Part shown: positions 38,290-51,674 of the stretch, in pieces
How the letters are laid out: the number at the start of each line of letters is the position of its first letter
Position numbering within the stretch: position 1 is the first letter of the stretch
From: Mobula hypostoma
Lineage: Eukaryota
Length of the DNA: 64,000 nt
Reading direction: 5' to 3'
Assembly (NCBI RefSeq): GCF_963921235.1
Contig: NC_086097.1
Span: forward strand, 106,950,001-107,014,000
Made by a program: the position numbers and the translations under genes
The notes under the pieces: generated by a model
Told to the model about the DNA's origin: nothing
The model's database searches: none
The model's input: only the letters and a program-made list of their open reading frames with translations

Positions 38290-39030
38290 AATGGGTCCAC
38301 TCTATCATCAGCAAACTGATAGAATGTGTTGTCAACGTGCACTTACCCACCAACAACCTGCTCTCCAATGTCTGATTTCCGTTTTGCTGGGGCCACTTCA
38401 ATTGTTTCAGAAGCAGCATTTCTTGAATCATAGAGTCAGGAGTGCAGATTATTACATAATATTCAATTCCATTTGTAACTCCTCTATAAATGCAGCAGGC
38501 CATGCCAGCATACAACCAGACAAGGATGGTACAAAGCAGGTGATTCATTCCCCAAAAGTGCCAAGCAAATAGCAATCTTCAACAAAAGAGAATCTAAACG
38601 TGATACCTAATGGCATTAACCTCGTCATTTCCCCTACCAACAATATCCTGGGAGTTATTGTTGACTCAACTGGACCAGCTACATGTGGACTGTGATTGTA
38701 TAAGCAGATTTGAAGCTGGATGTTCCAGAGTGAATGACTCCTACCCTGACAGGCTTTCCTATCACCCACAAGCCACAAACCATGAATGTGTTCAAATATT
38801 GTTCTTACTCGGATAAGTTCAGCTCTAACAGCATGTGGAAAGTTCAACACAATCAAGAACAAACTCCTTTGTTTGACTGCTACCCCAATAACTACTCCAA
38901 ACATTCATTCTCTCCAGCAGCAATGTGTTCATCTGTAAAATGCACTTGAGTTACTTGTCCAGGTTACTGAAATAGCTCCTCCTAAACTTGTGACCTCTAT
39001 CATTTGCAAAAACAAGGGCAGCAAGTACAA
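38290..39030 (+). mobile_element. Ancient CR1/L2-group LINE 3' fragment
   Basis: Degraded motifs (aagtgccaagcaa..caacaaaagagaatctaa..atcctgggagtta..caactggaccagc); similar pieces near 31000-31230(-). Confidence 0.5.
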
Positions 39031-39989
39031 TGGTATTCAATGGTATAGAGAACAATGTAAATCGTTTTAGTATTAGGAATTAGGTTTTAGTATTATTTAT
39101 TAGGAATCTGTACATTTGATTATAAAGCTTAGTACCAGTGAAAAAAGTTTCTCCTTATTTATTCTGTTAAAGCCTTTCAATTTTTTGAATGTATCTATCA
39201 AGCTTTTTTACATTCTCTGCCCTCAGGACCACATCCCCTACTGTATTTCTGCAAATGTCAGCATGCATTTTATTCCTGATCCTGTTTTTATAAATCTCAC
39301 CTGCAGCTGCTCTTAGACCACTCTTCTTGAGATATGATGTCCAGCTGGATTTGGGTATCTTGATTAAACTTGCTTTAGTGCCCTATGGCCAAAAGTAGTT
39401 CTATTGCACTGCCTAACTATGTAGTACAAACTGAATTTAATCAACAACCCTATCATATTATACAATGTATTAACAAAAACATTTAGAAATTTAGCACAGG
39501 CCCTCCATGTAAGTTATCCAAATAGATTTGGCAGTTGCTGGACACACAGTCTAATACCAAATATACTGCACACTTAATGCTACCAATTGCAAAAAGTGAA
39601 AACAGCATGGGCTCCCTCATGGAATCAGACTTTAACTGGTGTCACCATCACTTAAAAGGTCCCTAATCTTACCTGATCTGCTGCCAGACTCACAAAAGAA
39701 GAAGCACAAAAACTCCTTAGCACAAAAAATCTTTCAGCTTATTCTGTCAATTCTGGCAAAAAAAAATTGAACTCTTTACCCCCATTCCCACTTCTTGGTC
39801 TGCAAGATTAAGATTGTGGTTCTTCAGGTCCTTTTCAAAGCATCTTTGAAATTAAAGATCTTCTATCTCCAGATCCCATTTAAGTAGAGGGTTTAAAATT
39901 CTTATTTTTAAGGTGAAAAAGAAATTTTCTTCAGACCCTTCTATCAAATTAACTTAAATCAGTGTTTCCTAGAGGTTACCCTCTCCACC

Positions 39990-40280
39990 CAAGTATAAGG
40001 ATCTTTCTTATTCCTTCTGCCCAGACAATACCTCTGGTTAGTACTTTAGTTGGCACTTCCTCCTACACTGACAACCCCCCCGCCACATTTCTCATCTTCA
40101 GCTCCATGTTTACTTCTACCTCCCTGTCCAACCCACAAACGTCCCTTTGCCTAATTCCCCTAACTCCAGCCACATCCTTATCTATCCAATCACTGCCAAC
40201 TCAATTCTCTGATCGACAAGGCAGATGCCCCCAATCCTTCCTGAAATCTTAACATCCACCAAAACACGTCCTTCCAATTT
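39990..40280 (+). mobile_element. Highly degraded PLE RT C-terminal fragment
   Basis: Pyrimidine-rich tract that appears colinear with 3560-3800 (cccctaactccagccacatc, ttcctgaaat). Confidence 0.45.
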
Positions 40281-40469
40281 GCAGCCCAAGAGACTTTGTC
40301 AGGAGCTCCAGAATGCCACAGAGAAAAGTGTGCAAGAAATGCAAAGTCTAACCTTTTACCCAAGATGCATTTTGCTTTCAAAAGGCTATACAGAAAAGTG
40401 GGGCTTCTCGTGGAGGGCCAACAGAAGTGTCTTCATAGTTTTAGTGTAAAAGGTCTTATTTAGAGCTAC

Positions 40470-41250
40470 AACACCAGAACAAGCCCTTCAGCCGTGATAT
40501 TTGTGCCAAAAACAATGCTAAATTAACCTAAATCTCTTCTGTCTGCACATGATCCACATGGTTATCTAAAAGCCTCTTCAACATCACTATCATGTCTGCT
40601 TCCACCTTTACCCCATGCACCTGCTCCATGCACCTACCACTTTGTGTAAAAAAACTCACCCTACACATCTCCTTTAAAATATCCCTCTCTCAACTTAAAT
40701 GCATGTCCTGTAGTATTTGACATTTCAACCCTGCAAAAATGATCCTGAAACTTTACCCTATCTATGCCTCTCATTTTGTTATAAACTTCTATCAGATCTC
40801 CCTTCCGCCTCCACCACTCTAGAGAAAATAACACTAGTAAATTTTCGTAAATCTTTCCTGAAAACTTATATCCTCTAATACAGGCAGCATCCTGGTAAAC
40901 CTCTTCTGCACCCTTTCCAAAGACCTTACATCCTTCTTTCTCAAATGGGGTGACCAGAACTGCACAGAATACTCCGTGCGCTAACATCAAGGTGTATATA
41001 GCTAGAACATGACTTCCTTACTCTCATACTCAGTGGCCCAACCAATGAAAGTAAGCATACTTTACTGCCCTACTTTCAAAGAGCTATGGACTTCGTCCCC
41101 AGGGTCCCTCTGTACATATATGCTGTCAAGGGTCCACCCAGCAAGTATATATTTTCTTCTTACATTTAACATACCAAAATCCAATACCTCACACTTACCT
41201 GGATTAAAGTTCATCTGCCATTTCTCCACCCAAATCCATACCTGATTTAT
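40470..41250 (-). mobile_element. Old CR1 3' part
   Basis: ORF 40661..40990 LFSLEWWRRKGDLIEVYNKMRGIDRV..GHAFKL. Confidence 0.85.
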
Positions 41251-41669
41251 ATTGCATGGTAGCTGCTACACTGCACACCCTAATGCTGACCCCCTTGCAA
41301 GGCTCAGGTTCATCATCTCGTCCCAACCAATGAGGTTTTTTGCCATATTTATTCTGTTCCCTGGCTCTCAATCTAATAGGAACTGTTTCTCTCTATTAAT
41401 GCTTTCTATACCCTTCCTTGTTTTGAGAACATCTATCAAAGCCATCTTTGCTACTTGTGCTCCAAGAACAACAACCCTGGCTTCTTCAGTCTTAACCATA
41501 CAGCTCAAGTCCTTTAACATGGGATAATTTTAGTAAATCTCATCCATAACCTCACCAAAGCCTTCACATTATTTCAAATGATTAGCACCCAAAACACAAT
41601 ACTTTAACTGACCAAACTAATGACTTACCTCCACCCCATCTAAAACTCTTCATAATTTTATATACCTCG

Positions 41670-43776
41670 TTTTATAGCCCAATGAGTTCATCTCTATGAA
41701 GCAACACTGTTTTGAACGGACTAACTGGCAGATATTCAAGGAGGTCGCCACAAACAGAGAAGACACAGACCTTGAGGAATATACCTCATATGTCACTGGC
41801 TAATCTGTAAATGTATAGACATTGTTGGTACCTCAAGAACAGTCATCTCATGGTCAAACCAGAAGCCCTAACTGAATGGAGAACAGCACACCCTACTAAA
41901 AGCCCGAGTCGCTGCCTTCAAGTCTAGAGGCAGAACACTCTCAGAGCAGCCAGGAGAAACCGAGTCTTAGTCATCATGAAGGCAAAGATCACCTATGCAC
42001 AAAAATTTCAGGAACACTTGTCCGATAACAATCCTTGGCATGTGTGGCTGGGCATCACTAACTATGCAAGGAAAAACAGTGTGGATTGTACCAGTGATGC
42101 CTCCATCCCTGATCCTCTAAACAACTTTTATGTGTGTTCGAGGCATGCAACACAACACCAACCACAAAAGTTACCCCTCTTCCAGGTGAGCAGTCACTGT
42201 CTGCAACAGCAGCAGACGTGAGAAGAACTCTGCAGAAAGTCAACCCCCTTAAGGCTGCCAGGCCAGACAACATCTCAGGTTGAATACTCAGGGTATGTGC
42301 ACATCAGTTCACTGATATCTTCACGGACATCTTCAGCACTTCACTCATCCAGGCTGCTGTACCAACATGCTTCAAATCACCCACCATCGTCCCTGTAACA
42401 AAAGACTCTACACATTCTGATCTAAATGGCTAATGTCCAGAGGCACTGATGTCGATGATCACGAAGTCTTTTGAATGGCTGGCAATGGCACATATCAAAA
42501 ACTCCATTCCTGCCACACTGGACACTCACCAATATACTTAAAGACAGATCCACTACAACAGATGCCATAGCATCAGTCATGCACCTGGCCCTGATACAGC
42601 TAGAAAACAAGGACACTTATGTCAGAATGCTGCTTCTGGATTTCAATTTGGCATTCAACACTATTGTCCCACAGACCTTGGTGAACAAACTCCTACTCTT
42701 CAGTCTAAATACACCACCATACAACTGGTGTTGGACTTCCTAACAAACAGACCTCATTTAGTCAGGATACATAACCACTCCTCCCTCCCCATCATCTTCA
42801 ACACAGGTACCACCCCCCTCCCCCCCAGGCTGAATGCTGAGCCTACTACTGTACATTCTACTCACACGTGACTGCACAACCAAACACTCCAGTAATCACA
42901 TTGTCGAGTTTGCTGATGACACAATAGTGATGAGGGTCATGACCAACAAGGATGAAATGGCCTACAGAGAGGAGGTGGAAAAGCTCGAAGCCTAGTGCAG
43001 ACAAATAACCTCTTCCTCAATGTCAACAAGACAAAGGAGAAGGTTATCAACTTCAGAACTTGCATCACTCAAGCCCTTCTTTACATTGGTGACACAGCAG
43101 AAGCAACTATAAGCAGTTTCAAGCTTCTGGGAATGCACATTTCACACAACCTTTCATGGTCCAAGAACACAGTCTAAACAATACCCCTACTTTCTGAGGA
43201 GACTGGAGAGCACTGGACTATGCACATCAATATCCACCACCTTCTACAGATGCACAATAGAGAGCACTTGAACATAATGTATCACTGCATGGTACGGAAA
43301 ATGTACTGAGGCAGACAGGAAGATTCTCCAACAGGTAGTCAAAACTGCCCAACGCATCACTGGCGCCAGTCTACCCACCTTCAATATACATAAAGCTGTC
43401 AGAAAAGGCCAGCAACATATGAAAGATCACATGGACTGTTTAGCATCTACACCAGGATGACCAAATTCAAAAACAGTTACTTTTCCCAAGCAGTAAGGCT
43501 GATCAATACCTCCACCCATTAACCCACCCCTCCACAACCCCACCACCTATCAGAGTCACCTTATATCCTGACACTGTGAGTAGTGTAACGTAATGGACAT
43601 ATGATCAATGTATATAAGCTATCTTACGTATTTATATTGATTGAACTTTTTATTATTGTGTTCTTCATCTTACTGTGCTTTTTTGTGCTCCATCAGATCC
43701 AGAGTAATAATTATTTCACTGTCCTTTACACTTATGTACTGGAAATGACATTAAACAATCTTGAATCTTGAGTCTT
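41670..43776 (+). mobile_element. Rex1/Babar LINE, decayed RT to 3' tail
   Basis: [50 protein letters not shown]; tail aaacaatcttgaatcttga. Confidence 0.9.
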
Positions 43777-44199
43777 AAACATTCTTAAATCTGTACCAGA
43801 TTGCATTTTAGTCTCCTCCACTCAATGGAAAACAAGCCCAGCCTATTGATCCCTTCTACATAAATGTAAATCTCTAATGCAAATAGATAGTTTCAACAGC
43901 AAGGTGAACTGAAAGGCCTGATTCTGTGCAGTACTGTACAACTTTGTAACTTCCCTACAAGCTGGAAGGGGGTGGGTCTTACGAGTGGGAAGAAACCATA
44001 CATTTCAAAAAGCAATTTGTAATCAGCCACCCTATTAATATATTTATTTCTAATTTACTTATTGCTATGTTTCCTGTCAGCCGAAATGGCTCCCAACACA
44101 GCGATCCCATTCCTCCTTTTTTCCCTGATAATTCTGCAACTTATTCTCTCTCTCTCTATCTCACTCACACATGTCCATCAACTGCCCTGACTACTTTGC

Positions 44200-44400
44200 A
44201 CATGCCTACATTGAAGGATAATTCACAATAGCCAATTAACATACTTGCATAGCTTTGGGATGGCCAAAGGGAATGGGAATACTATGGAGAAACCCATACA
44301 AACACAGGGAGAGCATACAAACTCCACAGACGGTACCCAGGATCAGTATTGAACCCAGGTCTCTGGAGCTGGGAGGCAACAGCAGTATCTGATGTGCTAG
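44200..44400 (-). mobile_element. V-SINE (HE1-like)
   Basis: Minus-strand cagctccagagacctgggttcaat (B box) and ggagtttgtatgctctccctgtg V domain. Confidence 0.7.
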
Positions 44401-44944
44401 CATTAAGTATTGCATAAGACAGATCTGCATTATTTTTCCTAACTTATTGGGAAAAGCTCACATGATGATGGGGCACATGCATCAATTTAAAATTAAATTG
44501 GAAGTATGAGGTTGGATAGTTTCTGCAATTGTGTGCACTGCCGGTGATGAGAAGAGGGAAATGGAGGGCAGATGTGATAGGGTTCCCTCCAGATTAACTG
44601 AATTCTCACTGGATATTGTGCAAAGGACAATAAAAACACTTGGGGACTTCAGTTATTTTCTAGCCAACAGCAAGTGTTCATCCAGATGCTTGATAAATGT
44701 TGAGAGTGCACCTGCTTCCACCATCCCCTCAGGCAAAGTGTTCTAGATTCCACATATCCTCTATTTGAAAACATACTTCTTCAGATCCCCTTCTATACCT
44801 CTTGCTGCTCACTTTAAGCCTATGTCCTTTGGTCTCAGACGTCCCAGCTGTGGGGGAAAGTGTCTCTAAAAACACAACAGGTCCTCCCTCTATCTCCTTT
44901 GCTCCAAGGTAAACAAAACAAGCCCATGTAGTCTCTCATCATAA

Positions 44945-47754
44945 ACATAGAAACATAGAAAATAGGTGCAGGAGTTGGCTATTTGGCCCTTCGAGCCTGC
45001 ACCGCCATTCAGTATGATCATGCTTTCCCTCCATACCCCCTGATCCCTTTAGCCACAAGGGCCATATCTAACTCCCTCTTAAATATAGCCAATGAACTGG
45101 CCTCAACTGTTTCCTGTGGCAGGGAATTCCACAGATTTACCACTCTCTGTGTGAATAAGTTTTTCCTCATCTCGATCCTAAAAGGCTTCCCCTTTATCCT
45201 CAAACTATGACCTCTCGTTCTGGACTTCCCCAATATTGGGAAAAATCTTTCTACATCTAGCCTGTCCAATCCCTTTAGAATTTTATACGTTTCAATAAGA
45301 TCCCCCCTCAATCTTCTAAATTCCAGAGAGTATAAGCCTAGCCAATCCAGCCTTTCATCATATGAAAGTCCTGCCATCCCAGGAATCAATCTGGTGAACC
45401 TTCTTTGTACTCCCTCTATGGCAAGAATGTCTTTCCTCAGATTAGGGGACCAAAACTGCACACAATACTCCAGGTGTGGTCTCACCAAGGCCTTGTACAA
45501 CTGCAGTAGTACCTCCCTGCTCCTGTACTCGAATTCTCTTGCTATGAATGCTAGCATACCGTTCGCCTTTTTCACCGCCTGCTGTACCTACATGCCCACT
45601 TTCAATGACTGATGTATAATGACACCCAGGTCTCGTTGCACCTCCCCTTTTCCTAATTGGCCACCATTCAGTTAATAATCTGTTTTCCTGTTCTTGCCAC
45701 CTAAGTGGATAAACTCACATTTATCCACATTAAATAGCATCTGCCATGAATTTGCCCACTCAGCTAACCTATCCAAGTCACCCTGCATCCTCCTCACAAC
45801 TAACAAAGCCGCCCAGCTTTGTGTCATCTGCAAACTTGGAGATGCTGCATTTAATTCCCTTGTCTAAGTCATTAATATATATTGTAAACAACTGGGGTCC
45901 CAGCACTGAGCCTTGCAGTACCCCACTAGTCACTGCCTGCCATTCTGAAAAGGTCCCGTTTATTCCCACTTTTTGCTTCCTGTCTGCCAACCAATTCTCT
46001 ATCCACATCAACACCATAATCCCAATACCATGTGCTTTAAGTTTGCACACTAATCTCCTGTGTGGGTCCTTGTCAAAAGCCTTTTGAAAATCCAAATATA
46101 CCACATCCACTGATTCTCCCCTATCCACTCTACTAGTTACATCCTCAAAAAATTCTATGAGATTCGTCAGACATGATTTTCCTTTCACAAATCCATGCTG
46201 ACTTCGTCTGATGATTTCACTGCTTTCCAAATGTGCTGTTGTCACATCTTTGATAACTGACTCTAGCATTTTCCCCACCACCGATGTCAGGCTTACCGGT
46301 CTGTAATTCCCCAGTTTCTCTCTCCCTCCTTTTTTAAAAAGCAGTGTTACATTAGTCACCCTCCAATCCTCAGGAAGTAATCCAGAATCTAAAGAGTTTT
46401 GAAAAATTATCACTAATGCATCCATTATTTCTTGTGCTACTTCCTTAAACACTCTGGGATGCAGACCATCTGGCCCTGGGGATTTATCTGCCTTCTATCC
46501 CTTCAATTTACCTAACACCACTTCCTTACTAACATGTATTTCCCTCAGTTCCTCCATCTCACTAGACCCTCGGTCCCCTACTATTTCCGGAAGATTATTT
46601 ATATCCTCCTTAGTGAAGACAGAACCAAAGCAGTTATTCAATTGGTCTGCCATGTCCTTGTTCCCCATGATCAATTCACCTGTTTCTGACCGTAAGGGAC
46701 CTACATTTGTCTCAACCAATCTTTTTCTTTTCACATATCTATAAAAGCTTTTGCAGTCAGTTTTTATGTTCCCTGCCAGCTTTCTCTCAATCTTTTTTCC
46801 CTTTCCTAATTAAGCCCTTTGTCCTCCTCTGCTGGACTCTGAATTTCTCCCAGTCCTCAGGTGAGCCACTTTTTCTGGCTAATTTGTATGTTTCTTCTTT
46901 GGAATTGATACTATCCCTAATTTCCCTTGTCAGCCACAGGTGCACTAGCTTCCCTGGTTTTTTCTTTTGCCAAACTGGGATGAACAATTGTTGCAGTTCA
47001 TCCATGCGATCTTTAAATGCTTGCCATTGCATATCCACCGTCAACCCTTTAAGTATCATTTGCCAGTCTATCTTAGCTAATTCACGTCTCACACCTTCAA
47101 AGTTACCCTACTTTAAGTTCAGAACCTTTGTTACTGAATTAACTATGTCACACTCCATCTTAGTAAAGAATTCCACCATATTATGGTCACTCTTACCCAA
47201 AGGGACTTGCATGACAAGACTGCTAACTAACCCTTCCTCACTGCTCAATACCCAGTCCAGAATAGCCTGCTCTCTAGTTGGTTCCTCAACATGTTGGTTC
47301 AGAAAACTACCCCGCATACATTCCAAGAAATCCTCTTCCTCAGCACCCTTACCAATTTGGTTCACCCAATCTATGTGTAGATTGAAGTCGCCCATTATAA
47401 CTGCTGTTCCTTTATTGCACGCATTTATAATTTCCTGTTTAATGCCATCCCCAACCTCACTACTACTGTTTGGTGGCCTGTACATAACTCCCACCAGCAT
47501 TTTCTGCCCCTTAGTGTTATGCAGCTCTACCCAAATCGATTCCATATGTCCTTCCTTTCTATTGCATTAATCTCCTCTCTAACCAGCAATGCCACCCCAC
47601 CTCCTTTTCTTTCATGTCTATCCCTCCTGAATATTGAATATCCCTGAATGTTGAGCTCCCATCCTTGGTCACCCTGGAACCATGTCTCTGTGATCCAACT
47701 ATATCATATTCGTTAATAACTATCTGCACATTCAATTCATCCACCTTGTTACAA
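44945..47754 (-). mobile_element. CR1 LINE subfamily A-related, nearly whole ORF2 (APE+RT), inside an older CR1 (~44660-48210)
   Basis: ORFs 47108..47545 (YRPP, GDFN, SDHN), 45778..46452, 45018..45575; (TTTCTATG)n tail; TSD ataa at 44941-44944 and 47755-47758. Confidence 0.95.
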
Positions 47755-48292
47755 ATAACTGAAAATCTTTATCCCAGGCAGAATGACAGTTAATCTCCTC
47801 TTCATCTTCTCTGAAACAATTACATCTTTTTTAATACATGACAACCAGGGCAGCATACGAAGTTCCAGCTGTGGCCTACTAATGTTTTTGCGAAGTTACT
47901 CCAAGATTTTCCTGCTCTTATATTCTGTACCCCATCCAATGAAGGCAAGCATCTGTAAGTCTTCTTTATCACCTTATCATCTGTAATCTTTAGGATTCAA
48001 ACACTAACATCCCTTTGTTTCCCAATACTTCCTAGGGCCCTACTTTTCATTGTACGGTATATGTCCCACCTTTAGTAGATTTGCTAAAATGCATCACCTT
48101 ACACTTACCCAGATTAAATTTCATCTGCAATTGCTCTTCCCAATTTACTAGAAATCAATATAATTCAGTGGACTAAGACTATCCTCCTCACTATTAACAA
48201 TGTACTGTCTTCTGCTGAGACTAAGCCACAGAACACTGATCAATTCAGCCAAAGCTTAAGAATACACTGATCCTGGAAAGAGCAAAGTAACT

Positions 48293-49670
48293 TACTGCCC
48301 ATTACATTACTGGCCCTTAGGGCAGCAGTGAAGGTCCTCCATCTCTAGTGGTGTTCTGGGCTTCCTTCATCCTGTCAGTAGCTTCATTTTGATTTTCACT
48401 ACCGTCATTCATGCAAGTCCCAGACAGACTCAGGAATAGAAACATAGAAACATAGAAAATAGGTGCAGGAGTAGGCCATTCGGCCCTTCGAGCCTGCACC
48501 GCCATTTATTATGATCATGGCTGATCATCCAACTCAGAACCCAGCCTTCCCTCCATACCCCCTGACCCCTGTAGCCACAAGGGCCATATCTAACTTCCTT
48601 TTAAACATAGCTAATGAACTGGCCTCAACAGTTTGCTGTGGCAGAGAATTCCACAGATTCACCACTCTCTGTGTGAAGAAGTTTTTCCTAACCTCGGTCC
48701 TAAAAGGCTTCCCCTCTATCCTCAAACTGTGACCCCTCATTCTAGACCTCCCCAACATCGGGAACAATCTTCCCGCATCTAGCCTGTCCAATCCCTTTAG
48801 GATCTTATACGTTTCAATCAGATCCCCCCTCAATCTTCTAAATTCCAACGAGTACAAGCCCAGTTCATCCAGTCTTTCTTCATATGAAAGACCTGCCATC
48901 CCAGGAATCAATCTGGTGAACCTTCTTTGTACTCCCTCTATGGCAAAGATGTCTTTCCTCAGATTAGGGGACCAAAACTGCACACAATACTCCAGGTGTG
49001 GTCTCACCAAGGCCTTGTACAACTGCAGTAGTACCTCCCTGCTCCTGTACTCGAATCCTCTCGCTATAAATGCCAGCATACCGTTCGCCTTTTTCACCGC
49101 CTGCTGTACCTGCATGCCCACTTTCAATGACTGGTGTATAATGACACCCAGGTCTCGTTGCACCTCCCCTTTTCCTAATCGGCCACCATTCAGATAATAA
49201 TCTGTTTTCCTATTTTTGCCACCAAAGTGGATAACTTCACATTTATCCACATTAAATTGCATCTGCCATGAGTTTGCCCACTCACCCAACCTATCCAAGT
49301 CACCCTGCATCCTCTTAGCATCCTCCTCACTGCTAACACTGCCACCCAGCTTCGTGTCATCCGCAAACTTGGAGATGCTGCATTTAATTCCCTCATCCAA
49401 GTCATTACCATTACACTCAGTCATAGGAGGATTCTTCATTGCTGTTTCCATATAAATTTTGTTTTGCCGCTCAGGGTTCTTAGTCCTGAGCTGAACCCTG
49501 AACCTCAAGGACTGGTAGACCATTCTTCACCTGTCCTCTACCCTTTGACCTATTTGGCAAGGGTGACCCTACTAAGAGTCAAAGCATACACCCCTGACTC
49601 CAGCCAACATAGTTCTCTGGGTCATTAAGACAGGCAAGCATCCAAACCCAATGATAAGGTTGTGGTTCTT
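48293..49670 (-). mobile_element. Short RTE-derived non-autonomous element (5' and 3' ends only), interrupted by CR1
   Basis: ttagggcagcagtgaaggtcctcca resembles an RTE 3' end; gggtgaccctact..gactccagccaacatag resembles an RTE 5'UTR; no RT between them. Confidence 0.55.
48436..49407 (-). mobile_element. CR1 LINE subfamily A, 5'-truncated, uninterrupted frame
   Basis: ORF 48534..49523 from NDLDEG onward is almost identical to the 4342..5160 and 11402..12595 proteins; (TTTCTATG)n tail. Confidence 0.96.
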
Positions 49671-50279
49671 CTGGAGAAGCATTGTAAATTTTTGTTAAAA
49701 TGATATTTTCCATTCATAAGATGTAGACAGTACTGGTAAATACATAATTTATTGCACATTTCTTAGTGGTACCTAATGAAGGAGGCAACGCCAATGTCGG
49801 GAACAAAGTCAGGAAGTGATGAAAGACATCCAGACTAGACAGGCTGTTCAAAGTTTAACACTGAAAAAATAAACTTTTTTAAAACAAAAATATACTTTTA
49901 TTTAATGAATTGTAGTTAAGTTCTTCAGCTCTCAGAATTTGAATTTATGACTTAGGATCAAATATAAAGACTGACTGTTTGTCCAGATCCTTAAGTACAT
50001 GCCACATTTGACTTCCACAATTAAGAGATCATATAAATCAGGATTGAATTCCCCAAGTTAGAAGGAACTTCGAAGATAGGAGAGTGATTTAAACAATGAT
50101 TTCGCAACTGTTAAGGGGAGATAACGGGAGAAAACATTGGAAGGACAGAGGATGCCAGATCAAATGTCTATTTTAAATCTGAGCTTTAAGAGATAATGAA
50201 CAATGGTAGTTCCATTAATACATGATTTGGATGGTGGAACAGCCTCAAGGAGCTAAATAACCTAATCCGATTCCAAATC

Positions 50280-50450
50280 AACACACACAAAATGCATCAG
50301 GCAACATCCATGGAGGGGAATAAACAGTCAATGTTTTGAGCCAAAACCTTTTATCAGAACTGGAAAGGAAAGGGGCAGAAGTCAGAATGGCCAGTTCCTC
50401 CAGCATTTTGAGTATGTTGATCAATATTTCAGCATCTTGAAAATCATGTG
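50280..50450. mobile_element. Small PLE-terminus inverted element with degenerate hammerhead
   Basis: aacacacacaaaatgc.. / ..gttcctccagcattttgagtatgttg ends. Confidence 0.6.
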
Positions 50451-50561
50451 TTTATTCCTATCCCAATATCCTTCACATAATAGCCATTTGAGTTGAATAA
50501 TTTTACTATTAAAAATAAAAAGTGTTCTCTGGCAGTAATACATCCTCAATAATATCCATCA

Positions 50562-50914
50562 TTAAGAGGATGCTGTTGAAGTTGCATGCCATCTTGGTCA
50601 ATGTCTCCCATCCGCTACATAATGTACTGGGTGGACACAGGAGTACATTCAGCCAGAGACTCATTCCACCAAGATGCAGCACTGAGCGTCATAGGAAGTC
50701 ATTCCTGCCTGCGGCCATCAAACTTTACAACTCCTCCCTTGGAGGGTGAGACACCCTGAGCCAATAGGCTGGTCCTGGACTTATTTCATAATTTACTGGC
50801 ATAATTTACATATTACTATTTAACTATTTATGGTTCTATTACTATTTATTATTTATGGAGCAACTGTAACGAAAACCAATTTCCCCCAGGATTAATAAAG
50901 TATGACTATGACTA
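50562..50914 (+). mobile_element. Rex1/Babar 3' fragment
   Basis: SHPLH..RCSTERHRKSFLPAAIKLYN; aataaag(tatgac)n tail. Confidence 0.8.
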
Positions 50915-51435
50915 AGTCATGATTATGCAACCGCTACCACCAGACAATCTCAGAAAAGTATTGATAATGGCTGGGGTCACCCATCTTGTAATGACACTGC
51001 CCAGAAGGCAGCAATAGCAAAACACCTCTGCAGAAAAATTTGCAAGGCATAATCATGGTCATGGACCATGATTCCCTACATCATATGACAGGGCATATAA
51101 TGATGATAATAATGATTTTTAATCGAGCAGTTTGTTGGAAACATTATTCTATTTTTAACTCTTAATTCATCTGAGCTTTGAAAACTTGACATTGTTGCAA
51201 AGAAACTCATTTAATTTTCCAGCATTTTTCATTTTTTAAATTGGAAAAAAAAAGTCCCATATTGCTGCAGAATCACTTGTTGTCCAAGTGATATTTTAAT
51301 GTGACTACTAAATGAAGTGATTTGTATTAAGTTTCAGAACAGTCATAACCCATACCATTTGCAACATTAATCGATATTTTAACTATCTAAATCCAGTGAT
51401 CCCTTCCTCTACATTTAAACATTTTCAAAATTTAC

Positions 51436-51674
51436 TGACTGGAATTTTGTTGAGTAGGTCCTGATAATTCTCCCCAAACATATCTAGTCAAAATATACTG
51501 GCCCAAGACACCCTTGGACTTTAGGACCTCAAACAAAGTTGTTTGGTAAAAGGCTGAGCCAGAAAAATCCAATCCACAAAACTTCTCTGGATGTCTGACA
51601 CAAGGCAAAGCATTGCCTTGGCTCTGTTGTCTGACAAAGCTGTCATTTTTTTCCCCCACTGTTTCAGAACATTC
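51436..51674 (-). CDS. Internal exon of unidentified host gene
   Basis: Acceptor cacttttgcattttag|GAA. Open for 79 codons (ECSETVGEKNDSF..CGLDFSGSAFYQTTLFEVLKSKGVLGQYILTRYVWGELSG..). The frame closes just after donors gtcagt (exon end 51440) and gtaaat (exon end 51436). Phase-0 start matches the upstream exon. Confidence 0.75.

Noticed and set aside
49408-49523. Apparent novel N-terminus on the 329-aa ORF
   Set aside because: Read-through into the flanking RTE-derived element beyond the CR1 truncation point.
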